Notes: generated by a model from the letters alone, not told the origin. 63,088 nucleotides of DNA, filler included, from Reclinomonas americana ATCC 50394 (GCA_048213135.1; 6 parts of 3 records of this genome joined end to end with filler, not necessarily neighbours in it), one strand, 5' to 3'; counted from the first letter of the whole stretch, positions 50,749 to 62,932 are shown. Numbers and translations: made by a program.

Positions 50749-53558
50749 GTTCTGCGCCACCGATGGCGGCGCCTGAGTAGGCGGCGGTGGTGGCTGTCGC
50801 GGCTGACGGGCTGGCGGCAGCGGATCACCAGGTCGCAGGGGCAGGCGTGTGGCATTGGTCACCAATCGCATGGTGGCCTCGGCGTCCGCCGCCGACAATG
50901 CATCCACGCCCTTGGCCTCCACCGCCAAGCGCGTCACCTGACGCGCCAAGTGTCGTCGCCAACACCGCTGAATCACAGTGGCGGCGTAACTCTCCACAGC
51001 TGCGACAGCAAACAAAATATACACAAGATCAGCAGGTGGAGGGGGAAGCAATCGAACAGAGTGTAGCAAGACTGACGACGCAACAGTGGAACCACTGCAT
51101 GGCAAAGCGATCGAGCACTCGTCGCCATGCGCGTTGTATTCTGCGAGCTGCGCTCACTCGACGAGCGTGGTGCGCCAGCCAGGCCATCTGGATGGTGCAT
51201 GCTGCACCTTGCTCTCGCGCCTCTTGCAGGGCGTGCTGTTGCTGCTCGGCAAGCTTCTTGCGAGCAATGAATCCTCTGTTCAAAAAAAAAGAGTGATATG
51301 ATTCAGCGGGCGATGGAATGCGTGCGTTGACCGACACATACACACACAACACTGCACCTCCACGCCGACTGAATGAGAATGGCGGCACCACGGAGGAACC
51401 AGCAGAACGAGCGGGCGCGGTTGGTGAAGGTGTAGGCCCGAATCGACCGCTGCAGAATGCCAGCTGCACGCTGATACACCACCGCCGCCGCCTGACACAG
51501 TTTCGTGTACAGTTCCGGCTGTAGCGCCACCGACTGATTGCCAATGATCCACTCGCCACGCGGTGCGTGCGTCTGCAACAACAGCTCGCATAGCTTCTTG
51601 GAGAACAGGCGTCGCACCACTTCCTGCACGACGGCTCCGTCCGAGAACGTCGAGTCGGCATCGTGCGATTCCTGCGCGAACGCCACTGGTGAGTCTTGAT
51701 ATGCGGTTCTCCCTTTCCAATCACCGCGGTCGCAACTGCCACACGCTCGCAGCCACGGCGAAGACTTCGTCGCGCCGTATGCTCAATCAGACCCCCACCC
51801 AACTGCTCCGAAAAGGCCGACAGCGGCACAAACACTGTGCGCAAAAAGTGTCGCAGATGCAGGATCGATCGCAGAGCCGAGCAGCCGGGTGCCGACACGA
51901 GCTGCACGTTGCCAGCGTAAGATTACACGGAAACGCACACGCCAACATGGACAGGTGTGACTCACATCGCCGCACAACGCATTAAAGTATGACACATCGG
52001 CACCGCCAAGAAGCGACATCTCGAGTGCCACAGTTCCGTATGCTGAGCACACCCCCCAAAGTCAGCACGAGCACAAANNNNNNNNNNNNNNNNNNNNNNN
52101 NNNNNNNNNNNNNNNNNNNNNNNNNNNNNNNNNNNNNNNNNNNNNNNNNNNNNNNNNNNNNNNNNNNNNNNNNNNNNNNNNNNNNNNNNNNNNNNNNNNN
52201 NNNNNNNNNNNNNNNNNNNNNNNNNNNNNNNNNNNNNNNNNNNNNNNNNNNNNNNNNNNNNNNNNNNNNNNNNNNNNNNNNNNNNNNNNNNNNNNNNNNN
52301 NNNNNNNCATCATCATTCGTCTGTCCCTCACATTCCCCCTTTTTCTCGGTGCGCCGCGACAGGAGCATGCACGCATGCCCACAGAACGCGCTGCTTCGTC
52401 CTCTGCGGCTGCGTCGGGAGGAGACGGTGGCGACTCGTCGGCCGGCGCGTCGGGAACATTCGCCTGCGGCTTGCAGGCACTGCTGGCTGCGTGCAACACG
52501 CGCGCACACGAGGGCCTCATCATGTGTCTGCGGCACACGGCAGTCAAGTCGAGCAACTCGTTTGCGAATCCTGTCACGGCACAGATCCTTTTGCGCCCCG
52601 CCTCGGCGTGGTTTGGCAGTGCTCCACGGACCGACAGCTCAGCGGCTGCGTCGGCCGCCGTCGACCTGGCGGTTCGCTTGTTCACGTCGGTCGATGATGA
52701 AACGGTGTACGTGGCCACGGGTGCACTGGCGCCGCTGCAGGCTATGATGGTGGACATTGGCGAGTTGCTGGCCCCGCGCATTGTCGGCGAGGCAGCAATC
52801 CCGTACATGGTGTGCGTCTGTCAGGCGTACCTGCCGTCGTCGCCGGTGGTGCCCCCGAATCCTCTCCTCGGAGGTTTGTTGAGCGACGGACACGTGACCT
52901 CCNNNNNNNNNNNNNNNNNNNNNNNNNNNNNNNNNNNNNNNNNNNNNNNNNNNNNNNNNNNNNNNNNNNNNNNNNNNNNNNNNNNNNNNNNNNNNNNNNN
53001 NNNNNNNNNNNNNNNNNNNNNNNNNNNNNNNNNNNNNNNNNNNNNNNNNNNNNNNNNNNNNNNNNNNNNNNNNNNNNNNNNNNNNNNNNNNNNNNNNNNN
53101 NNNNNNNNNNNNNNNNNNNNNNNNNNNNNNNNNNNNNNNNNNNNNNNNNNNNNNNNNNNNNNNNNNNNNNNNNNNNNNNNNNNNNNNNNNNNNNNNNNNN
53201 NNNNNNNNNNNNNNNNNNNNNNNNNNNNNNNNNNNNNNNNNNNNNNNNNNNNNNNNNNNNNNNNNNNNNNNNNNNNNNNNNNNNNNNNNNNNNNNNNNNN
53301 NNNNNNNNNNNNNNNNNNNNNNNNNNNNNNNNNTTTGGAAAAAAGAAATCGCGCTGCGCGCACCCCAGGATGGCTGGCTTGCATTTCCAGGTAGGTTCCG
53401 TCGCCAGACATGGAAAACGACGATTGCACATGCAACTGGCCGCCGGCACACACCACGCGCTTCAGCTGGCACAGAGTAGAGACAAATGCCGAGAAGCTGT
53501 GGGATGAACTGTGCGAGTGCATCGTCACTGCGGAAGAATAAAGGGGTGAGCCAGCCAG

Positions 53559-53591
<33 letters not shown>

Positions 53592-56407
53592 GTTGCGGAG
53601 GGTACACAACTCGTACACGGGAGTCCTTCGGGGCTGAGTGTGCGCATGTACATGTCCATGGCATCCCGAGTGCACGAACTCAGGCGCGCCGAGAACGACG
53701 AGTCGGAGAAGCGAATGCCCTCGTCACCGTATCGCTGATACACCGAGTCCACGACTTGCCCCAACATCCACGAGTGCATCAAGTGCGAAGTAACAAACAG
53801 CGGCACCGCGGCTGGCGACAGTGGAGTCGGTGCGTCTGCGGAGGCCTGATCGGCGGCAGTGGACGACTTGCTGGCATACGCAAAGTTCTCGGGCATCGAC
53901 AGGAAGCTCAACACAGGCTGGTCGTCGGCCGCGTTGGGGCCGACAAGCTTGCTGTTGATCTGCTCCACCAACCACGACATGGTCGACAAGACACCACGGC
54001 GCACAAGCGCGTCAAACATGTCCTCCAGGCGACGACCGCAAGCGTGGCCCTCTGCAACAGACACGCGTGAGTTTTTCACTCAGTTGACGACGACCATGGT
54101 GAGCGTGCTGCGTACCTCGAGCCGCCGTCTCCAGACGATCGAGAATAAACTCGGCCAATGTGCCGCCACTTGCAATCTGCGGAATGGATGCAGAGGTTGG
54201 CACGCAGAAGCACACAGAGAAATGCATGAGGAGCAGACGCACCGTATTCTCCACGGCCACCGTCGAAAGACCGGCGTCCAGCACCTCCTTGGCGCACTCT
54301 GGATCCGACAACAGCACGTGTAGCACGTAGCGATCGAGATCCAGACCCGAAAAGTGGCAGGCACACTTGACCAGCATGCTGAGATCGGAAAAGACAAAGG
54401 TGCTGTTGGTGAGCACGCCGTCGCGGTTCACCAGCAGCGCATCGCGAGACGTCAGCGACGGGCCACGCGAGCTGTAGCACGACAGGGCAATGAGGCCAGC
54501 CAGGTGTCGCAGCACGCCGTGCGTTTGTTCCGGAGACAGGAAACGGGAAATGAGCTTGAGCAGTCGCGGCCACGACTGCACGTCGGATGACAGCTGGTCC
54601 GCCGCTGCGCCAGCACACCAACACACACATCAGTGACAGGAAGGGGAAGGGGGAGAGGGGAGAGGAAACNNNNNNNNNNNNNNNNNNNNGAAGAGAGCAA
54701 ACCATGACTGTCGATCTTGGCGAAATGCTGCAAGAACGGCAGGTAGGTGTTGCGGTGCTCGACAGGCGACGTCAAGATAAAGTTGAGCACCGACAGGCGA
54801 CGAAGTTCGGTGCGCGAGAAATCCAAAAACTGCCTCACGCAGCTTGTGAGTTCGCGAACCGGCACACAATACGTGCAAGAGAAGTTGTCACACCTGACTA
54901 ACAACAGAGTAGTGAAGCACAAAACGAGAGGCATGATCGCCCTCGTCGAAATAAATGTCCAGTCGCACGCCAGGAATCACCGACGGCGAGGCGGTGGTGC
55001 GCAGATGCGGGACGCCGATATTTACAGCACCGGCATCCGCCAGCGTGCTGGGTGGTGGCACAAAGTAGCGCAGCAACTCCCAGGCGTTCAGGAGACGCTC
55101 TGGATCCGGACCGAGTGCGTCGTGACTGATGTGCACACGCAGTCGTCAGCACACCCATGGTGCAGAGAGAGGCAATCACATGTGCGACGCAACGGATGCA
55201 CTGGGGCGCCATACAATCTCTGCCGCAACCACGACGGCGTGGCGGCACCGGGAGAGTGAAAGCGCGACGGATGTATGCCGGAGCGCACCGGCGATCCATC
55301 AATGTCGGGAACATGCGTACTGGCGAGCAGCGAGATCAACTCGGACATTAGCTGCTGCTTGGCGTGATCGCTCGGCCCGTTGAGCACCATCAGGTGCGAC
55401 GTGCGATGTTGCGTGACCAGTAGCAGGCCTGCAGCGACAAAAGGGGAGATGTCGGTGAGCCGATAAAGGAGACCAGGGGGTAGAACTCAAACCGCGCACG
55501 GACCGTCAATCAGCATCTGCTTGGCGGTGCGATACAGGCCCCTGCTGCCCCACGGCAACGCCAGTCGCGACATCGGAACCGCATGTGCAAAGAGGGCCTC
55601 CTCGTCGTCCTCTCCTTCGCCGCCCGCCCCACTCCTATTCACACGATGCAGACGCAGGTACTGATGCAAGTCCTCATCATCGCCGTCCACCGACGGCACC
55701 GCCGGCACCTGCAACGACAACGAATACCTATGCGCGATCCCGCTCATTCTCAGGAGCCACACAAGGGTAAAAACACAGCAGGAGAGACACACACCCTCCA
55801 CGTCTCTCCGTGACGCGCGACGCTGATGATCTCGAGGTTGTCGTCGTCGTGGTCGAATCCAGCTGCAACATGCGCTCTGTCAATGGCGCAGCCACGGCAG
55901 TCACACTCGAGTCTTCCTCATCGCGCAGCACCGGCACCATCGACGATTCGCTCTCCGCCAGACTGCGCAACACGCACGACGCGAGCAGCGGTGCTCTCTG
56001 CAACTGCAAATGGTCCGCACCACACCACAGACGAACACAAGAGAGAGCGAGAGAGACAAGGGGGGTGTCAACATCAACCCACACTGTGTCACACACACGC
56101 GCGACGGAGAGAGAGACAGACCTGTGCATGTGAGACATCGACCAGAGCCGCCACAGAAGTGGTATCGCGATCATCGGACTCGAACGGAATCACCGCCAAG
56201 TGCGGCAACTGCACATCCATCACTACTCCCCCCGCACACAGCATGAGTGCACACACACACACGAGCAGCGCAAGAGAGTGCATGAGACAGACCGCGAGCG
56301 CCGTGCACATCGGTTCTCCGCACACGCACTTGCACCCATCGATCCTCACTGCTCACAATCACACCCTGCACCCACTCGCCACCACGTACACACGCCCAAC
56401 AGCGCAT
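50749..56407 (-). CDS. Highly divergent myosin-like protein (SH3-like N-terminus, degenerate motor, IQ motifs); 3' truncated; segment 52308-52902 is flipped
   Basis: Colinear myosin landmarks: CWACVRGGEWVQGVI, LLCFYP, GLYRTAKQML, MVLNGPSDHAKQ, RLLNAWELLRYF...RLDIYFDEG, DALVRRGVLSTMSWLVEQINSKL, YQRYGDEGIRF, TFACGLQALL...LIMCLR, WIIGNQSVAL, then LQRSIR, IQSAWRG, IQMAW, IQRAWRR, IQRCWRR. Confidence 0.72.
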
Positions 56408-56526
56408 TCGCGGAGAGAGGCAGAGGGAGAGAGAGTGATTGTGGAAGCACCGTTGTGGGTTACCTTACACGGAGGAATGTTCGTGGAAGGACTGCGGTAA
56501 CCCACTGCCAAACATCAATCGCACAT

Positions 56527-57742
56527 ATGTTGGGCGACAGTGACAGTGCTGGATGGAACACGGTTTACTTCGCCTGGTCTGGGTGCCCCACATGCACTCT
56601 CTCTCTCTCTCTCTCTCTCTCGCTCACTGACACACACACAAACTGACTGTCACAGCGATGTGGCGCTGATTGTGCTTTACCTGCTCACGATTGTGCTCAA
56701 CGTGCGACGTCTGTGGATCGGGTGGCGCATGTCGAGCAGTGAGTCGGCGAATCAGCAAGGGCGTCGATCGTCGTCACATGTGCAGGAGAATGCGCAGGCA
56801 AATGCCGCGGAAAAAAGCAGTGGTGCCGTGTCGCCGGTCGCTGCGGGAGTGTCAGTGTCGCCCGCGCTGTTCCGTCGCATGTTGTGCTTGTTTACACTGG
56901 CAGCGTGTACTTGTTGCGTCATTCCGCGTGAAGTGAGAGAGAGTCCTGTGCACACGCTCATTGCCGATGGGGTGCTGCAGTTCGCGCCATGATGTGTCTG
57001 CTGGATTCGCTGTATCGTACGCCGCTGTATGATAGCGATGAGAAGGTGCGCTGGGTACATTCGGCGTTGTTTACCACGTTTTCGCTGTTGCCGGCGTACT
57101 TTTTCGCCACCATGGAGAGTCTGCTGATCACGTACTGGTCGGAGTTGTACAATTTGGCGTTTGCCACGGCCTCGCGTTCGCTGAGTGCCACCGAGGCTGC
57201 GGCGCGCAGTGCGGCGCGTAAGAGTGCTGGTGGGCTGCCGGTGTCGGAGAGCACGGGTCTGCTGTCGAGTTTCAATGGCGCCGATGAGGAGTATGGTGGT
57301 GGTGGNNNNNNNNNNNNNNNNNNNNTGGTGGTGGTGGGTCGCGATCGCGTGGTGGTGTGCCGTCGGCGTCGTCGGGTGCGGCGTCGGTGCCGTCGTCGCA
57401 GAGGCGGCAGCGGTTGCAGGAGGCGCTGGCGAGTCTGCCGCCGCCACCCGGCGCGCACATGGTGACCACAGACAATGTGGGTCTGCCGACCAGCATCAAT
57501 ACCGCGTCGCCGAGCGAGGGTGTCGGCGGGTCGATGACGGCCCGGTCGGCGCGGTCCGATGCTGCCATGGGGGGCGCCGGTGTGATAGCCGCCGGGGGCG
57601 CGAGCATGAATACGCCGCGCTCGCTCATCTCCGACCCCGGCGATGCCATGTCGACGCCCGGTTCGCAGACCATGTGGAGGCCAACACCACGCGCACAATT
57701 TGGCGTCGACGACGACGATATTCGCGGCAGCGTCAAGTCGAC
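56527..57742 (+). CDS. THH1/TOM1/TOM3 (DUF1084)-like multi-pass membrane protein; 3' truncated
   Basis: TM helices with CLFTLAACTFRAMM and LLPAYFFATMESLLITYWSELY. ATG at 56527, head-to-head with the myosin-like gene (119 bp). Confidence 0.65.
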
Positions 57743-57786
57743 NNNNNNNNNNNNNNNNNNNNNNNNNNNNNNNNNNNNNNNNNNNN

Positions 57787-57798
57787 TTAATTAATTAA
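57787..57798. other. Artificial scaffold-concatenation linker
   Basis: TTAATTAATTAA within N runs. Confidence 0.97.
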
Positions 57799-58161
57799 NN
57801 NNNNNNNNNNNNNNNNNNNNNNNNNNNNNNNNNNNNNNNNNNATACAAAAGCGCACTCTCTCTCTCTCTTTCTCACACACACACACACACTCACACATAC
57901 AGTGTGTAAAGACACACTCGCCACGCGCTCTCTCACTCATTGCTCTGGCCGCATTCAATGCATCCTTCGCCTCTCTCTCTCCCCAACTGCACACACACAT
58001 AAAAAAACGCAACTGATTTGTTGATTCCGGGAGTAAAAAAGAAGGGGGTAACGAGTAGCAAGTAACAGAAGAAGCAAAGTGAGCGGAGTGAGCAAGTGAG
58101 TCTCTCTCTCTCTCTCCCGAGTAACAAGAAATAAGTGAAATTTCATATCGACTTTTATCAC

Positions 58162-61100
58162 ATGGATCCCAGCGGTGGTGGTGGCCCTTCTCTGGGCATG
58201 CACGAGCGACGCACTGATCGTCGCTTTGAGCCGTATGGCGGCGGTCGCGCAGGTCAGCTGCAAATTCGCGCGCGCGTGTGTGTGTGTGTAAAACAAAGAA
58301 GTGAGCGACATTTCCACTTACTTGTGTTTCCCGCCCTCGCCCTCGCACGGAAGGCGGTGCAGGTGGCGACTATCCCGGCGCACGGTCTGCTTGTGTGCAT
58401 GTCTCTCTCTCGCTTTCTTCGTCTCGATGCTCATGTTTGTGTGCGTTGTGTAGTAACGAGGCTCCTGCATATGGTGGCGGTGCTCCTCCTCGCGCCTCTG
58501 GGTTCAGCAGTGGTGGTGGCGGCGGTGGTGGCGGCGGTGGTGGTGGCTACGATGGTGGACGTGGAGGAGTTGCGTTTACTGTGCAACATGGAAGTTGTCG
58601 CTCGTGGCCAAAGTGCATTCGCATTTACAGTTTGGTGGTGGTGGCGGCGGCGGTGGCGGTGGCTTTGGTGGCGGCTTTGGCGGTGGTGGCAATCGTCAGG
58701 TGCAGTGCTCTTTTTTTGGTTGTCGACAACCGCGAGCGACGATCTCACGGTGTTTGTTGATAGCAGAATCGCGATGAGATTCCGCCGTCACGCACGCTGT
58801 GGATTGGCTCGTTGCCGGCGCCTGTGGACGATGCTGAAGTGCGCGCCATGTTTGAGCACTTTGGGCAAGTTGCGTCGCGTGTGTGTGTGGACTGCTCTCA
58901 GTGAGGCCATTGCACGATTGACACTCGGGTGCAGGTGGAGAAGATGAATATTCTGCACGACCGCAACTATGGCTTTGTGACCATGGTGCGCATGGAGGAT
59001 GCGGTGCAGGCGCGTGACGCGCTTGATCGATCGGATCTCAACGGACGGCGCGTCATTGTCAACTTTGGCACTGGTGAGTGGCAGTCTGTGTTTTAAGCAG
59101 TGTTTGTTGGCCCGAGAGATATATAGAATGGCCAGCGGTGTCTCGTATTGTGTTGTTGGTGGACGATGATGCCTCGTGACGGTCATTCGTGATGTTGTTG
59201 ACGATGATGTTGTTGATGATGATGGTGGTGATGACGGGCGACATGAGTGATGAGATTTGATGATTGATCGTGATATTCTTGTTTATCCACGTAGAATCAC
59301 AACGAGATCGCCCGCGCCAGAGCGACAGGTTAGTCGCGAATGAGCCATGCATATTCTTCATGAGGAATCCCTGCACCGAGTGGCGACGTGTATCATTCAA
59401 TCTTTTTTCGATGCCGTTGCCGGATGACTGACATGCATTTTCTCTCTCCCTCCCTTTCCCTCTTCTCCCACCTTCCATGATCCACCATCCGTGATGTTTC
59501 TGATCCGTCCACGATCGTGCATGATGATGATGTTGATGATGATGATGATGCTGTCGATGATGATGCTATTGTGCTTGGAATGAGCAGCGGTTTTGGTGGT
59601 GGTGATGGCGGTGGTCGTGCTCCGGTTCATCCAATCATGCTCTCTTTTTGTCGATGTCGGCCTTATTGTTGCTCACTCTTCTGTTACTCTGCGTGCAGCG
59701 TGAGGAGCAGCAGCCGTCGACCACCCTCTGGGTCGGCAGCCTCGATCCGCAGACCACCGAGCAAGACTTGCACTCGCTCTTCTCGACCTGCGGTCAGGTG
59801 CGTGAGCGCGTCGCGTGCACTCATGCTGGTATCCCGCTCACACGTTGTGTTGCAGGTGGATCGCGTGTCGGTGCTGTCGGACCGCCGTTTCGGATTTGTG
59901 ACGTTTGTGCGCATTGAGGACGCGATCCAGGCCAAGAGCCGACTGCACGACACTGTGGTGCATGGCTCGTCGATTGTGGTCAAGTTTGGCACTCGCCGTG
60001 AGGGTGGCGGTGGTGGTGGTGGCTTCGGCGGCCGACCCGGCGGTGGTGCTGGCTACGGAGGTGGCGGTGGCGGTGGCGGCGGATACCCGCCTGCGTCACG
60101 CGATCGCGACTACGACCGCGATTACCGCGAAGGTGGTGGTCGTTCGTCGCCGCGCTACGACCGCGGTGCTCCTTCTGGTGGTGGCGGAAGTGGCTTTAGC
60201 GAGCGCCGTGACGATCGATCGGAGCGTCCGCGGTACGATCGAGATGCGTACCCTGCGGCCGGATCTGGCGGTCGTGAAGGTTTGTGGAGTTGTCCTCTTT
60301 TTTTTTGATATATTCTGTTTGCTGAGTACATCACCATTCAGGAAGCGGCTTTGACAGCCGTGCGCCCGCCGGCTACAATCGCGGCGGTTTTGACGACCGT
60401 GGCGCCGGTGGCTATGACCAGCGTGCGGCAGGCCAGTCTCGCCAACCCGATCCGTACGCTGGTGGCGCCGCTGCGCCACAGGGCGCAAGTGCCGGCGCTG
60501 CCTACGGACGGCCGGCAGCAGCGGTGAGAACGTGCTGCTGCTGTTGATGATGAGAGGGAAGAGAGAGATGCTTACCAGGTCGCCGCTGCAGGCGGGTGGT
60601 TACCCTCAGGCGGGTGCGCCTTACGCGGGCGGACAGCCTGGTGGCTACCCGCAGCAGCCGCAGCAGCAGGCACAGCAACCGCAGCAACAGCAATGGGCTG
60701 GAGCGCCACCGGCTGCCGCTGCGGCGTCGGGTTTGCCGCCAGGTTGGGTTGAATTTGAAGATCCGCAACAGCGACGCAAGTACTACGTCAACACGGCCAC
60801 CAACGCCAGCCAGTGGACGCGTCCTGAGGCGGCACCGGCGGCGGCTGCCGCTTCGTACCCGCATCCGCAGCAGCAGCAGCAACAGCAGCAACACCCCATG
60901 GCGGCGATGCAGCAGCAGCAACAGCAACAGCAGCGACCTGCAGCCGCCATGCAGCAAGCGCCAGTGCAGCAGCCGCAAGCGGCTCGTGGACCTGCTGTTG
61001 CGTCACTGTCTTTTGTTGCATGAGTGGGGAGGAGAGTCTAACATTCGAGGCGCGCTCACAGCCACTGCCCGCCGGTTGGGAGGAGCACAAAGATCCCACC

Positions 61101-61163
61101 TCCAACCACGTTTACTGGTACAATCCGCGAACGGGCCAGAGCACATGGGATCGCCCGCAATAA
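58162..61163 (+). CDS. Glycine/RGG-rich RNA-binding protein with two RRMs and two WW domains
   Basis: RRM1 TLWIGSL...RNYGFVTM; RRM2 TLWVGSL...RRFGFVTF; WW domains LPPGWVEFEDPQQRRKYYVNTATNASQWTRP and LPAGWEEHKDPTSNHVYWYNPRTGQSTWDRP. Stop TAA 61161-61163. Confidence 0.92.
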
Positions 61164-61671
61164 TGCCGCCACTGTACATCTATTCCCCTGTGAACTAGAC
61201 GCCGAGACGCGTACTAGTTTATTCGTGAATATTAAAAAGGTCCTGATCCGAAGGGAAGGGGGAGCGGCGGGTGGGGAGGACAAGGCTCATCAGAGGCGAC
61301 GACACTTACTTGCAATATGGCAGTGAAAGAGAAGAAAGACAGAGACAACATGAGTTTGGGCTTGTTACTCCTTGGAAATGAGCCATGGGTGGCCTTTGAG
61401 TCGTATACCATCGCGACATAGGTGTGCTGGAATGAGCTGAGGGTTGGTACTTGTACTTGCATCGGGCAGCGTATGGGCAGCTCTGTGGGACACCACCTGC
61501 TGCTGACCGCCTTTGGTTGTGTAATATTAATGAACGACTTTGTTTGATCATGATGATGCGCCGACGCCGGAGGAGAGATCGTGTTGACGGGTGCCATGAT
61601 GCCATGAGGGGGTGGGGCCGGGGGGAAAGGTGTCTCCCTTCCTCCCTCGGGATTGTCGACGTCAAGGGCGC

Positions 61672-62632
61672 ATGACAAACGACGAGATCTCGAGAATGGA
61701 TGACATTGTGCTCGTGTCACCGACGGGCAAAAAGTATCACAATCGGCGGCATGCACCAATGGACTCAGTGGAACGAGTGACGCGTCGAGAGGCAGAGGTT
61801 GACCGCGGGTTGACGCCATGTGTTACATGCTTCAAAGCGGTGCGGTGAAAATCTCCACCGCTGCGCATGCCTCATGTCTGACACAACAACCCACCATGTA
61901 GTATGACGCTGCCGCTGTTGAACGAGCGAGCTGGCGTATCCAGGTGAGATTCATCACTGAACATTGGGTGGTGGGTGCCTGCCTCGTCGTTTCACCTAGG
62001 CCTGTCTTTTGCAGACTGCTCCTCCCTCAACTCCCAGCTCGGAACTGCTGGCAGAACTGGTCGCTGCGATGACTGTATGTGCCACTGACTGTTCGCTCAC
62101 CCGTTCATGTTGCCTGCAGCTGCTGAGAATCTCATTGCTGCGCTGCGTGCGACAGGGGATGAATATGGTCGCTCCAGATGTTCCTCAGCATGCGCAAGAG
62201 CAGCCACCCGCCACCGCACTTTCAGCGCCCGACTCCTCAGCCAGCTCACAGCTGCGCGATGATGCGAAAGATAATTCACGTGCATCTCGACCTGCCGCGC
62301 CAGGCGCACCTCCGGTTTGTCATCGCCCTGCGCATGCGCATTCCACGTCTGTTTTCATGCCCGCAAAGCAGCGACCGTACAACTCTCGGGCGTCGTCTCC
62401 GCCACGCCAGCAAGGAGTTGCCCCGTTACGACCAAGCCTGCCAGAGCGTGAGCTCCCGCAGCAGGCGAATCCGCAGCAGCGGCCTGTTCCAGCCGTGCAG
62501 ACGGCGCCACCGCCGCGGCCTCCGTCAGTTGTGGACAGCGAACGATCTGCGCCGCCCGCGCCACACGGTGCCGCCAGGAGAGAAGCCAGGAGCGGGTTCC
62601 TTTGTTGCTGCCTGACGATGAGTGATGAGTGA
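61672..62632 (+). CDS. Protein with N-terminal Ada-metal-binding-like (YH...G.PCxxC) domain, Pro-rich region and C-terminal Cys cluster
   Basis: Exon 61672-61839 VLVSPTGKKYHNRRH...TRREAEVDRGLTPCVTCFKA splices in phase via 61840-61901 and 61944-62014 to downstream exons ending SGFLCCCLTMSDE. Confidence 0.6.
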
Positions 62633-62827
62633 AGCCAGCTCGTTCCGACGTTGCCAAGAGCTCGAGGTGTTCCAAAGCACGACACAGAGTTCACTGAACA
62701 ACAGGCCGACTTAATATCCGTGTGCGAACGCCAAGGAAGCGTGGCAGGGTATAAGAAACAACGAAGCACAAAGCGCAGTGCGGGACGCTGCCGGAGGACG
62801 CAATCACAGACCAAACATTCACTCGTC

Positions 62828-62932
62828 ATGCGCGCAGTCATCTCTGCCATCGCCATCCTCGTGGTGTTGACAGCCACGGCTGCTGTGTGCAGCGCACAGT
62901 CGTTCCCGCCGGATCCATCCACTCTTGGCAAG
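62828..62932 (+). CDS. First exon of a secreted or membrane protein (continues beyond the window)
   Basis: Signal peptide MRAVISAIAILVVLTATAAVCSA-QSFPPDPSTLGK followed by donor AAG|GTCAGT. Confidence 0.65.

Noticed and set aside
11068-57798. Recurring TTAATTAATTAA 12-mer as a biological repeat
   Set aside because: Always centred in N runs and encodes stops in all six frames: an artificial concatenation linker.
591-61002. GTTGCG introns as a family of Introner-like transposons
   Set aside because: In the introns compared by eye there is no similarity beyond the first 6-7 bases, and no shared length, terminal repeats or target duplications.
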